A stretch of 64,000 nucleotides of DNA from Balanoglossus misakiensis (Eukaryota > Animalia > Hemichordata): contig CM082582.2 in the NCBI GenBank assembly GCA_040954595.2, forward strand, positions 11,275,483 to 11,339,482, read 5' to 3'. The translations under genes and the position numbers were made by a program. Positions within the stretch are counted from its first letter, which is position 1. Each line of letters starts with the position of its first letter. The notes beneath the pieces are model-generated. The model was given only the letters and a program-made list of their open reading frames with translations, did no database searches and had not been told where the DNA came from. Positions 1 through 13,800 of the stretch are shown here, piece after piece.

Positions 1-1
1 C

Positions 2-175
2 ACAACGGGAGACCCTGAGCCCGCCGTTGAAGTCGTTCCAAGTCAGGATGAAAATGGAGAAAAGACAGAAAGCACCGCTGAAGTGAGTGAAGCCAAGTTA
101 GAGATCCATTCTGAATCAACCTCAGACGTTGGGGAGAATCAGAGTGCAGAACAGCCACAAGATGCAGAGGTATAG
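2..175 (+). CDS. 3' terminal coding exon (partial) of an unidentified gene with an acidic low-complexity C-terminus
   Basis: Open frame from the window edge TTGDPEPAVEVVPSQDENGEKTESTAEVSEAKLEIHSESTSDVGENQSAEQPQDAEV* (TAG 173-175), followed by AT-rich UTR-like sequence with AATAAA at 720 and 779. Confidence 0.55.
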   Translation, partial: TTGDPEPAVEVVPSQDENGEKTESTAEVSEAKLEIHSESTSDVGENQSAEQPQDAEV

Positions 176-1346
176 GTACAGCAGTTGAGTGTTTTACAAA
201 CCAAGTCACAGCAAAGGAATATCTGAATCAGCAATAATTATTTTATTTTATGACAAAAGGAAAATATAGCAATACATGTATGCCACACCAGGCAGAAATG
301 ATTCTTTTAGGTTGAAATACCAGTTCTTGTTTGAAAAGTAATATCTCATTTATTGCGGAAATAAGCTGTTTTAATTCGCAAGTTATTAAATTTTTGGAAC
401 AGCTGGTGCTTGCTTGTTATTGGCTCAAAGAGTGATCAAGTTAAACCAAAAAACATCTACCGGTAGTGAAAGAATATGGTGTCAGCCTTACTAATGTTTA
501 AAAGGATTTTTTTTAATCCCGGTCACTACAGCCAAACAGAGCTAAAATCATTTCAAAGGCTTTACTTTATACACGTGAGTGTGGTGTGCTCAATATGAAT
601 GTTTGTAAAATATGTAGATAGGACTTGAGTTCAAAACTCATATGCAGAGCTAATATATGCAGCGGTACTTACAATACTTTGGGGGATGTCCAACAAGCGC
701 CACCTAATTACTGTGGCCCAATAAAACACAAACTAGTGGTCAATTCATATCTACTAGTAACTTCGATTTTATTACTTCAATAAAAACATTAATTTACATT
801 ACCTGTATTCATAATTATACAATTTCAGATACATGATGAAATGCAATTAATTCTCCAATTCTAAAAATTCTCTCATTCCGTATTATGCTACATTGCTTTC
901 AATATATTCACTGTACAATAACTAACATTTGGTGACTATTTGGTTAATAATTGTTCAGCCTCTGCAGTAATAAAAAAAACTGATTCAAGTGAGATTTCAA
1001 CTATCAGAGAAATTACCTTATTTTTCAAATAAAGATATACTCGTTAAAATTCAGAACATGTAATGCCCAAGGTCCTGAAACTCAACTTTATCTATTGAAG
1101 AAGAGCGTTTTAACATTTCAGACAAATACATCAAAAGTTTAAACCAGCCTCAATAAGAAAAAAATATGCATGTTTGCTTTACACTCAAGTTGGTTTGAAA
1201 TTCATTTCATTTTAGCCTCTTGTATGTACAATGAAACAAATCTCTTTGATAACCCCAACAAGACAATGACCTTCCCAACAATGTGAAGACTACGAGCATG
1301 CAGGGTTCTAAAAGCACTGGTCAAATGTACCACACTATATTCAATT

Positions 1347-4194
1347 TCAACAGAGCATGACGGCCACCAAACCCACGCCGTAACGCCTCTGTTGCATGGG
1401 ACAGACACTGCTCCACTTGTTCAGAGTTGGATCGTACTTGTCAACAGTGTTTGTACATTTGCTGCCGTCGAAGCCACCTGCCACGTAAATGCAGCCATTC
1501 AGTGTAGCGGCACAAGCGCTGCTGCGAACTTTACTCATCGGTCGCACAAACGTCCACTGGTTGCTCTCGGGGTCGTATCGCTCCACCGTGTTCAGCCACT
1601 CCCCGTTGTGGCCACCGATGGCGTAAATACAGCCGTTCAGGACAGTGACCGACACGTACGCCCTCCGCAGGTGCATCGGTGCGACGCTCGTCCACATCTT
1701 TTGGCTGGGGTCGTAGCGCTCCACGGATGTCAGGAAGTCCTCCTTGTTTCCTCTGTTGCCACCTGTTGTGAATCAATATGCAAATGATATGAGGCATGCA
1801 AATTAGTATATTTATACATGTATCAATGCACAAACACAACCATACACACACACGGCACCCTATATGTGATACATGTATTTAATAACAATCATGTGATCAG
1901 GGCCTTGTGTTAATTTACAGCCAACAAGTGTTACAAGTTCAAAGTCACACGCGTAAAATGTCATCAACTCATCAAAACCCTCAATATCGTAATTACCTGT
2001 GCCACCCACAGCATACAGCATCCCGCCAATAACAGCAGTGCCGAAGAAGGCCCTCTTATTCTTCATGGACGGGACATAGTTCCACGTCTTGGACTGAGTG
2101 GAATAGACCTCGACGGAGTCCAAATACTGGCAGTCATCCTGGCCTCCGCACGCGTACAGTTGTCCGTTCAGTACAGACACCGCGACACCGTGCCTGGACT
2201 CGTGCATGGGTCCCAATTCTTCCCAGGTGTTCGTCACAACGTCGTATTTCTCCACCAAGTTCAACGCGTGCATGGAGTTGCTGCCACCTGTGAGAGATTG
2301 AGAAAAATATGTCCATGCAAAATGAAACAAGAGATAGCTGTCACTCTCACACAAAAGTCTTCATTATAATCTCATTTTCTACTGCGTCCCTTGGCTTAGC
2401 CCATCCTTTCTTTTGAACACTTACCAACTACATACACAACGTTAGAATCATAGACCACTCCAAAGGCAGACCTGGGATTGTTCATGGAGCTGATTGGAGT
2501 CTTGCTGGCACTGCCACTTATTGTATATTCACTCTGAGACAAGTGAGTGGTCCAGCCATTGTTGTCTGCTATGTGGCACTGCACTGTCGCTAAAGTTTGG
2601 CCGTTGGACTCGCCGCCAATGGCAAGAAGACCCTGTTCAAAAGATAGAAATAGCACTATTGATAAAGTTGATGTAAAAAGCTGTCCATAATATTATTTGT
2701 ACAGAGAAAAAAACATGGTCAATTTGTAGTCTGAAGAATGGACTTGGACTAAACCATGGTGGTGAAAGGGTTAAAGTTATTTACCTTAACTCTCTTACTG
2801 TGGCATTTTCGTTTCCCCTTCCCATACTTCATTATCACATTTTCCACATTATTGGCCTCTTGCAAAACCCGCTGGACGTCGCCCAGCATCTTGCAGTGCT
2901 CAGGGATTTCGGACAAGACCACCTCGTTGTTCAACTGATCCAGTAGAAATTCGGGCGATACCTGGAAAAGCCGGACCTTCCCGAGCAAAGCGCCGAGGTG
3001 GCATAAGCGTTGTTCCGTGTCCTCTTTCACCCACCGTGTCACGGACAGAAACACCTGGTTTTCGCTGTCAACGCCCAGAAAATCAGAGCCCACCAGTTCG
3101 TCCAACTGCTCATACCGCAGATGGAGGAATTCATCCTCCTTGGCAGTTTCCGCAAAGTGATCGTACAGGTACTGGCGCCCTTTCTCGGCAAGTTCGTAGC
3201 AGGAATGGGCATCGGCAAAGTGCCATATTCCGATGCAATTACTTGGATGTAGCTGTCTCTCCAGGAATTCACAGCAAGCATTGCGCACTCCCGTCAACTG
3301 CAGCAGGTTGGAGCTTAACATCAGGTTTTGGACATTGGAGTCATTTATCTACAACAAAGATAATGTGTATGAAAATTGCAACTATGATTGGATTTTACCA
3401 CCCACAATTTTTATAATCAGCTGTATTTTATCAATTTTAATGGGTCACAATCCTCTGATGTTCTGCAAAAGAAAAATTCCAGAAACAACAACTTTCTGGT
3501 CTTACTTTGATGGTGGCAGTGTAGGCAAAGTCAATGAGAGCTTCAATGGCCGCAGGATCAGAATCTCTGATTGTGACACACTCTTGGCTACTTTCGACCA
3601 GCTGACCAGTGAACATGGCCTTGAAATATGGACTGCATGCTGACAACACCAGTCTGGAAAAAAATATATTGGGAACCATAACTTATCTTTATGACTGTTA
3701 CTGCCCACGCCATAGGGTCATAAATTTTTGATATAGCTACTGTTTTGAATGGTACAGGCAGAACTGAATATTATGCAGAAAAATAGTGTCAAGGACACTG
3801 GGCTCTCCATTGACTAGAATTAGCACATTCAAATGTGCCATTCATTCATCTGTTATATAGTGTTGTATACTGATCCGTTTCTACCAGTACCATAGACAAA
3901 CCCAATTGACATGAATCTTTAGCATTTTCAGGGTCTATTTACCACTGGTCTGCACACCACATTTTATTCCAGAGTAGGTCTATTCTAAGTTATTCCAAGT
4001 TACTTATATGATCACTCCCGCAAAACTTACCTGTGTGCCGGTATTTCACATTGCTTGACCTTAATGACCACATCGCACAGAGTTCCCGAAGCCCTGAACG
4101 AGTGTAGCGTTTCCAGCAGGGAATTCGGCTGGCAGCCATCTTGGTACACCAGCTCCTCCTCCTCCCCAGCCATGCCGACGATGTAATGGTATGT
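1347..4194 (-). CDS. Kelch-like protein (BTB-BACK-Kelch, KLHL-type Cullin-3 adaptor), at least 6 coding exons
   Basis: Exons approx 4031-4194 ([13 protein letters not shown]), 3506-3653 ([18 protein letters not shown]), 2785-3348 (BACK, PSNCIGI..FADAHSC), 2425-2632, 1997-2287, 1347-1762 (Kelch repeats with YAIGG..VERYDP..W). Start is either ATG 4151-4153 or an in-frame ATG at 5253-5255 ending an upstream exon. Further candidate 5'UTR exons at about 5619-5804 and 6356-6550. Confidence 0.93.
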
Positions 4195-6022
4195 CTGAAA
4201 CAATGACCACAACCAATAATTGATGTTATTCTAACTTGCATACAGTAGTGTCATCTCTTCAGACTTCACTCTAGTCTCCAGAAACACACAACAGAAGCTT
4301 TATTGGACAGATTTCATCCAGTGGTGTATATTTGCCACCTGAGAGGGAGAACAGAAACCAGTTTTAGAATTCTATTTCAGTAGTTTTAAAGCTAATTGGC
4401 CAACATAGTTCCCATCTACATTAAGCCATATATAGCAAAGATTGCTTGTCCGTGAAACTGAAATGCTTGGTTCCTGGATGACCTTTGACCCGAGCACCTT
4501 GTGACTGTTGATATGTAAGTGGTGTGGGATGATCTTCGATGAACTCTCTAGAACCTACTCGACAACTCCCTCTTATAATTGACAGGTATACTGTGATAGT
4601 TGCAGCCAGAGTCTAAACTCTTAGACAGGCCAGCTTTTGATTGTCTCCACTGCCTCTGTGGTAACAAAGCCGACATGAATATCTGTGGTACGTCCTTTAC
4701 CACAGCCAGTCAGCCTTGGACAACAGAATGGCATTCAGTACGAAGCATGTTATGTATGTAACAGTGTTGTTTTTGTACATTCGCCTGTAGCTCACTTCTG
4801 CTTTACGGTCTTTGACCTGTTACATAATGCGACAAGACAGACAGTGTATGCAGGAAAACAAGATACTATGAGCAAGACCCCTGAATGGCCAATCAACACT
4901 CACTCTGGGAAAACATGCACATGTTTGAGACACTGATATCAATTCCACTGTAGGGTGAAGTGAACAAACGAAAGGCGTTGCTGGATCGCATTGAAATGCT
5001 CTATCTGAAATTTCTTCCCAGGTTAAATAAAAATATATGTTATGAACTTCAACACTTTGCCAAAACAAACCAATTCATTCCACTTCTACAAACAGTAGAG
5101 CTAGAAATGCAAACTGAAATTTCGTCAGAAAACTTTTAAATTGTACCACTATAATGCAACTTAATACTAGTATGTGTGTTTTCGATAAAAAGGTCTGATC
5201 TGTCAAATATCTGAATCTTGAAAATGAAAGAAAAGAATACATGTACACTCACCATGACTGAGGTCCCTAATCTCAATGAATGAAACTGGCTGACCCAATA
5301 CTAATCAATTTACAACAGGGCTCTGGTAATTTGCATATTACTTTTGTTCGTAAAAATTAACCAACTATACAAAGAAAGGCAATTACCTATACGTGCATGT
5401 TCTAAGGTCATTGATCTGGTCATTCCTCAGCGACATGATGATGTCTTATGTATGGTTTATAATAGCTAAATGATTTATAGTGCAATGAAAAGGGTCATAC
5501 GGTAACCATGGGAGTTAGACGTACTTAGGACTTGCACGGTCACTGCACGCAGGCAGGCGATGATAAAATGCCAGAAAAGTGTATCACCACGCATAACAAC
5601 ACTAAAAACAAGTCATACCTCTTGTCGTCGGATGATCTTTTGAATCTGGAGGAATTATCCCACTGGCCAGCTGCTGAATGACTGTGATTCTTGTGGAATG
5701 GTCAACATGAACTAGTGGAACGACAACAACCTTGACAGCAACACCACAACTTTCCAACTCCAAACGATGTTCCACGAATTCTACAAATCACACACGCAAT
5801 CATGCTGGGGGAAAAGATAAATTAGTATTATATTAAAGAAATATTAGAAGGTCACTTGATACATTAATTGTTCAATTCGAGATAATATGAAAACTATGAA
5901 CCACACACTACACAGTACTAACGATGGAAATAATTCAGCTCAGCCTCTGCCACAGTCAGGGAACATCTACAATGCAATACAATTCAACTGCAAGAAGCCT
6001 TCGATTTCTTTATCCATGCTTA

Positions 6023-6351
6023 GGGACTGGTCAGTTTCTTTAGCGGGGGGGGGGGGGGGTGGATATAATTTTGTAGATATCAATAGGTTGGTGACCCCCC
6101 TCCCTCCCATGTTAGGAAATTGTATAAAATGCAGAGCCCAAAGCTGCATTTAATGAATTCGAAAGCAAATCAAACCAACAATGTTGGGGAGGACAAATTT
6201 TACCTTTGCCCTTCAAAGTTACCAATGAAGGGGGTGGGTGTGGGAGGGGGTGTCCCCCTCCCATGTTAGAAAATGTTGCATTTCCAAAACAAGGTGACCC
6301 CCCCCCCCCAATTAATCCACCCCACCCACAGGGAAGAAACTGACCAGTCCC
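6023..6351. mobile_element. PIF/Harbinger-type MITE
   Basis: 18-bp terminal inverted repeats GGGACTGGTCAGTTTCTT ... AAGAAACTGACCAGTCCC, flanked on both sides by TTA (6020-6022, 6352-6354). Internal poly-G/poly-C tracts and a duplicated CCCTCCCATGTTAG motif. No coding capacity. Confidence 0.85.
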
Positions 6352-6549
6352 TTACCTCATGTACCTTGAAGCTGCCAACTTGGCCCTGAAGGCTGAACTG
6401 GTGAAATCGACACTACAGGTCACGAGTATGACATTGGCCCCGTTTTCAAGGTCACAAACACACCCGCGCCTGAGGTCACACAGTAGTACACACGGCACAG
6501 GTCATCTGGGTCACAACTACCATTCAAAACTATCTTCTATTCACGGGCT

Positions 6550-6720
6550 TGTCATGACAGCTCCTCGTGTTCTAATGTTCATATATCTCATAACAATAAA
6601 TACACTTAAAACTCTGACCTCCAAGCATGCGCAGTGTGTTCGAAATGGTTTCATGTTTTGTTATGTATGTTGCGGGGCGCCACCATGTTAATAGCCAGCC
6701 AGGAAGATATCCGAATATAC
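6550..6720. promoter_or_regulatory. Probable bidirectional promoter between the Kelch gene (-) and the ligase-like gene (+)
   Basis: Head-to-head arrangement, NRF1-like AGCATGCGCA at 6624-6633 and GC-box-like GCGGGGCG near 6672. TSS positions are inferred. Confidence 0.4.
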
Positions 6721-7253
6721 CTTATACAGCATATTGTGTACATGTACACTATAGTAAAACGAAGTGAAAAGTAATGAAAGCTGTGGATACTTCAACTTTC
6801 ACCTACAGTCAATAATTCAGGAACATATGGCCGGATAACCATACTGAAGCAAGTACGTGACTGTGTCAATTACACACCTACATATCTAGATAGGCTGCGT
6901 ACACTGGCTTCGTTAAGTGTGTACAAACATTGACGTATAATACTATAGTAAAGTTCATAATACTCGTTTTATATATCCGAAAGTTTTCCTCAGAATATAC
7001 AGCAAGAACTTTCCTACACTTGATCGAAAACCATTCAGTAACAGTGAATAAGCGTTGGACAGGTGATTCACCCTGCATTGCATTGTGGTTAAAAAATTCC
7101 TTTTCAAGTCTTGGAATTTGCAAACCGTTGTGCAATACTGGCATCACAAGTCAAAATAAAAGCAGAAAGTGGCTGGTGTGAGATATAATTGAAGTGGTGT
7201 GATCTTGTACAACTAACACTCAATCCTGGACAAAATTCCTGTTGCTTTCGGAG

Positions 7254-10200
7254 ATGGGGTCTGAACTTCGAGCAGACATGCACTTAATATTTTCCAAAGA
7301 AGATGTTGTGGAAGCCGTTTTGGAGAAAATTGATAAAGAAACTCAAGAAGATGAAAACATTGAACATTGTCTCAGGTGTGCAGTTGGGCTAGAAAATGGT
7401 GGATTGACTTTAGATGAAGAGACAGCAAGAAAACAAGCTGAACGGTAATTACATTTATGTGTTGTTCCTGAGACAGAAAGATTTTGTGTAATACTCAACA
7501 ATAATAACTATCACAGATACTAGGAGGCAGTGTATTAATTATAATACTTGCATGCATCATATAATGGAGGTAAAAAATAATCTGTGGACTGTGGACCACA
7601 TGAGTGCGTAACAAAATGCTTGCAGGCCTATAATTAAAATGCATCATTTTTATTATTATTATAAAAATAGCTTCTTGGACTGGGCCAGGGGTAGAAGTCT
7701 GCTGAAACTGGTGTCAGCCGATGTGCCTATGGGCGTCATACCGAAATGCAAGGCTGCTTTGATTGACATCAAAGTTGCTGCCAGAGGTGCCCCTGATGAC
7801 AAGATTTACGACAGAAACAAAGATATCAGAGACAAGGTAAAATGTTGTCAGTATGTACAATCATGGTATTCACCCTGCATAGAAGTTAATAATCCCCCCA
7901 AGTGTAAAAGTATGACCCAATATGAACTTTTATTTTCTTCACATTTTTGGCAGGTTGCAAGGGGCAATTCTTTCCTTCAAATCACAAGTGGACCACACAC
8001 ATCATTGTTCTGCATCATCTACGCTTTGAAAAAATTCACAGGTGGTCTTGGAGATGAAGATGACGGTAATGGAGGCGACAATGTCACTTGGAAAAAATAC
8101 TTTACAAAGGTACAAATGATGCATTGGTAGTTACATGTAGACTGGTTCTGGTTAATAACAAAGATTGCCAAGTTATTCTGTTATATCTTCATGATTCATG
8201 TGTGATTGTTTCCTTGGTACAGCCCCTAGATGAAGCAACTCACATCGTTGCCACCAGAAAGGCCAATGGTGAAGCTGCTCACTTCAGTGCCAGGTACATC
8301 GGCGACACTGTGGTGCTGTGTGGAGGATCCAAAAATGTACACATGCTGTTCAGATCAGAAGGCAAGTATTTCTCAGTTCTGTCAGTGAGGTATCGATATA
8401 GGAACAGCCATACTGGCCAGGATACATTGGCTTCTCAAAAGTTCTTGTACCAGTAATAGTCCGTCAATCTCTGCCACACTCATCATCTCTACATTACAAT
8501 GTATTTCCTTGTACAGATGATATTTTGAAACACACTGACAGCAGATACAGAGTTGCAAAGGAGGTCTGCTTGGCAATTTGGAGCTTCTTGCAAGACATGG
8601 AAGCAGAATGCAGAAAGAGGTTAGTCACCTTCATATTTTATTTGCGGTAAAATTGACTAGTAGGGGAAGATCTGAGAATTATGCAGGAGAGCATAGTTAA
8701 TCATCATCATTAATAGTTAATTATTAATAATTATTTATTAATATTTTATTTTTCAGGTTGCTGAGCTTTCTCTGCCACAGTAATTTCACAGCTGTTTTTG
8801 AAATTTTACAACCACATTGTCAACATGTTGAAAACCTCTCACACCTAAAACAGTAAGTAAATATTAGCACATACTTGGAAGATCTGGTAAAACCTTCATT
8901 TTATTTTTGAGTATGACATGCGCTGTATTATATATTCACATGTTGACTGTGTTGTATACTGAAAAATTGCAGATTAATATACTATACTTTTCATACGAGT
9001 GCTCAAAGATTAAATTTGGGTGCATTTCCATTTTGTAGATCTGAGCTAAGGTTTATTACGTGGACCACATCAGTTTTGGAACCAGACTCCAAGTCTCAAC
9101 TGTGTGCAATAAATCCCCATGTGTCGATGCTGGTAAGTCCTTCAGCCAAATTTACTTTCTCTACTGTTTTGGGAGTTTTCTACCCCATTATTAAAAGTTG
9201 CTGCTTAGGACAATCTATGGGTTATCATTGACTTTGGTCTATCATCATATCACACACACTTGCTACAGATTGGCAAAGCCCTGGGATTGCTGACGTTGCA
9301 GTGTGATGTGATTCCCATCATTCACTTGGAGGAGAGGATGAAAGCAGTCCGGCAGGGCTACCAGTACGAGGGAGAAGTCTTCTATTTTCTGGATTCACAC
9401 AAGGCGGTCATCGGTCTGCTGAAAAAGAAAACTATCTGGTAAGCTCCTTTGCTGTGGTAGGGTCACAGAACAAGTCAGACTTTTTTATATATGTTGCCCC
9501 ACTTATGAACAAATTTTTTAATGCTGTTTTTCACAAGGTACATCATCGTGAGAGCAATCCGGGAGAAAGTAAGAGCAGCGTGTAATTCTTACGCCAAAAG
9601 CAGCAGTTTCGACGAAGCGACCTCCAAGAGGAAAATCAACAGGCGAATCAATGAAATACAACAATGGCTGGGACTGGATGACAAGTCCACAAGAGCATGG
9701 CAGGTGAAGTGACTTTTTGTCTTCCCTTAATCCAAATTACGATGCAAAATTTCTTGAGAAAGCAGCTTCTCTAAATCCCCTGTTTCTCTGTCTAGAACTT
9801 GGGGTGTGATTTCCTTGTTTGGACCGTGAAGGAAATGAAGAGAGCCCGAGTGAAGAAACACGAAGTCGCAGACTCCTTCCCAGTTGTGTGGTTAGTACAA
9901 GGCTTTTGTTGCTTTCACATCGTAGGGCCTTTGTGAACCATTGTGTTGATATTCAACCATGAAACCTTCACATGCCATCAATATCTTCACCGTTTTGTTG
10001 TCCAGACATTTTGAAATTTCACAAGGGTCATAATGAGGAAAAACAAAAGTGTATCTTAAAGGATGATAGAGGGCGATATATGTGTGTAAATAAAAGTCGT
10101 ATCTGGGAGAACCACTTGAAATGAAACCGAGATATTAATTCTAAATGACCCCTGACACCTTCAACACATTGATAAAATTGGCAATAAGAAAAACTTCACA

Positions 10201-10338
10201 TAGATACCTCAAACATGTTACAGCCGCTGATCTCATTCCATTTCTTGACTTCTTTTCAGGACGAGATTTCTGGAAGAAACTGGAAAAAGTGATTGCATTT
10301 CATCTGTGTGGACAGAACCACAGGGATCAGACGATTGA
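7254..10338 (+). CDS. Putative ATP-dependent RNA ligase, T4 Rnl1/Trl1-like adenylyltransferase domain (about 480 aa, 11 exons)
   Basis: Exons approx 7254-7444, 7671-7836, 7954-8109, 8223-8361, 8517-8619, 8757-8852, 9039-9132, 9269-9438, 9537-9703, 9796-9890, 10260-10338 splice in frame. Motifs: VARG...YALKKF, ATRKANG (motif I KxNG), GGSKN (Ia), TAVFEIL (III), YEGEVFY (IV), LLKKKTIWYIIVRAIRE (V). AATAAA near 10497. The gene model is solid, the functional call is motif-based. Confidence 0.72.
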
Positions 10339-10875
10339 AATCACAATAGAATACATGTACATATATTCTTTAATTCTGACAAGTTGTCCTAATGGGTAAC
10401 AGAGAAAAAGAGGGGGACAAGGTGAAAAAGAGTTGGGTTTTTGTAACCATTGGATTAAACTGTGTGTCCAGGAGGAACGCACAGAAAATAGAATGTAATA
10501 AAGTGTATGATATATTGGAGTAATACATAAACTTGGCGCTTTGTCGTTAGTACATGTAATTAAAAGCAAATTCATTTGATAAAAATGTCGAAAACCTGCG
10601 CGTGAACTGACTGAGCTTATGGGAGGCGCGCACTGCATTGTGGACCTGGTAAAAGGGACTATGGAACTCCTCTTGTTGCTATGTTCTACATGTTCTACGC
10701 GCCATCTCTTCTGCTCTTGTTCTCTCAGCATCCAGAAATCAGAGGAAAAAAGATCGTGCGTGGAGCTTCATCCGCGCCAAGCGCATATTCAAGATGATGA
10801 CAGTGTTCGGGTTTGTAGACAGAAGATGATAACAAACTTAGAAGCGTTTTATGGCTTATAGCCTGACTTTTCGAA

Positions 10876-13800
10876 ATGAGGGGTGTGTGCTTGCTCGTCG
10901 TCTTGTGCGTGCACTATGTTTGCGTCCTATCAACCGAGTTGCGTCACACACGTCGAGTTTCACGGGCAGTCAGCGGGCCGGAATCATCGCCACATCACCG
11001 AGCGAAGAGATTCACAGACTACACCGAGACTGACATTGAGTACTGGATCAACAGACATAGGCAGCTGCGTAGCGAAGTCGATCCGCCAGCCTCTGATATG
11101 AAATTCATGGTAAGACGGCTTCCTCATAACTTTACCAAAGCCACTCATTTGTTGAAAGTCAACCTTATTGTACACTAGAATTATATATATGGGTATCAAA
11201 AATGCGTATGGGCGATATTCCAGACAAGGGGTTAACTCTGGGTGAACGCATTGGCACGACACTGTATTACTGTAAAAGTTGTGTAGCATCCGACCGTGTG
11301 GAAGTAAACACAAACGCCTATTGGTCGTTCTCTACCCACACATGCGCAGTACTGGGATGACGACCTGGCCACGATGGCCCAGACCTGGGTGGACTTTTGC
11401 TACTGGGAGCACGGCGACCCCGACATCCCACACTCTTACGATCACACGGGTCAGAACATGTGGATGAGGGGTTGGTCGTCACTCGAAATGCGGCCGAACG
11501 TGTCCGTCGCCGTTGATGCCTGGTACGATGAGCGGCCGGACTACGACTACGAGACGAACAGCTGTGCTCCGGGTACTGTTTGCGGACATTACACTCAGGT
11601 ACGCGGTATGAATCTTTGATGCTCTCCCGGCTTGGATGCATTATCCTTCTACACAAATCTCTTTCGACTTTTAATATTGTATTTTTAAGTCACCACATGG
11701 ATATATGTGTTCTATTCCTTAGAAGATTCCGTAGAAGATGCTGCGTTATTGTCCGTAGTAGTATAAGCGTAGAATACACTAATAGCGACATCAAATTGTA
11801 ACTTCTGAAATAAGCCTTGCAGGTACAGGATATTGCTCCTTGATTGAGTAGACTTGCCGTTCACCGATTTCTGTTGTAGGTAGTTTGGGCGGAATCGTAC
11901 AGTCTGGGGTGTGGCATTAATTTCTGTCCCGTAGTTAACAACTCCGACTACACAGACACGTGGCTTATTGTCTGCAACTACGGACCATCGTAAGTCGACT
12001 TAATTTACGATCACAAATACACAAACAAACTAGTGAGGCGATGGTTCGTCGATGTTCATTTAAGAAATAATATAAACCTGTCTAATGAATTCATTGTGTG
12101 TCAACTTTCAGCGGTAATTTCATAGGGCAACTTCCATATCAGACGGGCGATCCGTGCACAAAATGTTCGTCTGGACTCGGACAGTGTTATCAGAACATGT
12201 GCAGTGAGTATAATCTCTTTGTAGTTTCGAGTCAAACCCTGATGCGAATCCGTAGCTTCTTTCGACGCAAAGAGGTTCAAAGATAAACATAGAGGTCGGA
12301 TATGGAGATTAATGCGTCAATATAGAAACATATCCAAATAGTTTCTCTCAGTTGTTGATGTCCAAACACTACAATTCGAAACCAAATCAAACGATGATAA
12401 CTATATGTTACATTTACACGACTCTTCTACTTATTTTTATTCCCATCACAGGACCATGCTCAGAACACAGTGAACCCTGCGGTGAGTAACATAGAAACTG
12501 TCCACATTGTCTTCTAAAATTCTTCGACACAAACTTCACACATCATACGTACATTTTCGACCGAACTGAAGCAGAATTATTCTCGTTGACTTTCCCTCCT
12601 TTATGTAATTTTTTCAGTGTGTAATACCAGGTGCTTAAACTGTGGAACTGTTCAAAATGACTGCACGTGCAAATGCGAAGATGGGTGGTACGGCCCGGAT
12701 TGTAGCAGTAAGTATTTTCACCCTGAATTCGGTTTCTTCAGCAGAATTGACCAACATACTTCCAGAATGACGAATGCACCATCCAAGAAACGTGTCGACC
12801 TTCTTGTTCTATAAAATCAAACGACAAAAAAGTTTATTGGCTTTTATATTTTATCCAACAGCGCCTTGTGTGAACACACATGTGTATTGCGGTGCCAATC
12901 CCGGCTGGTACGACGCTTCTGTCTGTCACGTGGCGGACTATATACCAGAGTTGTGTCCTCTAATGTGTGGAGTTTGCAGTAAGTAACGCATAATATCGCT
13001 TGACCCTACAATGTCAAGTAAAATCTCGCCATTTTACTCTCATCTTACTGGTTTCTGTACAGGGGGGGGGGGGGGGTTAATGTTGCAGGTGTTGTATACG
13101 TGTCAGTGTTTTCAATCCTGTCCTCATTGACATTGTATTTTTACTCTGTTCTATATAGATGGAACATCAGAAAACACAACTTGTGGTAAGAGCAAAGATG
13201 TTACTTTTTAACTCTTGTAAAATATATCTGGATATTCATGTCGAACAACAGTTCACATGGTATGGATGCAAGTCAGTTTTCGTGGTGAATGGTCTTTGCA
13301 AATGCCATGACTATCAAACGCCATGTCACAATTACATTCTTCGTTCAATCCAACGACAGGGATACCGACTACGAACATTGTTACAACCGACGTCACTTCC
13401 GCCGCATCGACCACACAGTCGCCTGCTTCTGGTGACGTCACTCCTTCCATTCTCGCGACTGATGTTGGAGTCACGGGGGTTTGGGCTCCCGTCACAGAAG
13501 TCACTACTGATATCACCACAGCGCGATCAACTCCTGGAAGAACCACCTCGTCGACACCAACTGTCCACGGGGGTACCGTGTCTTCAACCAATAACACCGA
13601 ACCGAACTCGACAGAAACCATTCCTTTGGAAGAAATCACTAACACAGTCGACAACTACGTCACTACTTCTGATGACGTCAGGACGACAATATGGACATAC
13701 ACAGGTAACTTCGCTAAGAAATTGGCAGTAATCTGTTCACTGAAACTGTCTAAGAAGTAAGAATTTCGGCTGATGAATTTAGCGGAATTTTGCTGTCCAC

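Noticed and set aside
7254-10338. Recent horizontal transfer or contamination as the source of the ligase gene
   Set aside because: Ten spliceosomal introns, host-like composition and a head-to-head arrangement with the Kelch gene. Ancient transfer cannot be judged without a phylogeny.
13253-13654. Val-rich minus-strand ORF
   Set aside because: Antisense shadow of the Thr-rich mucin exon.
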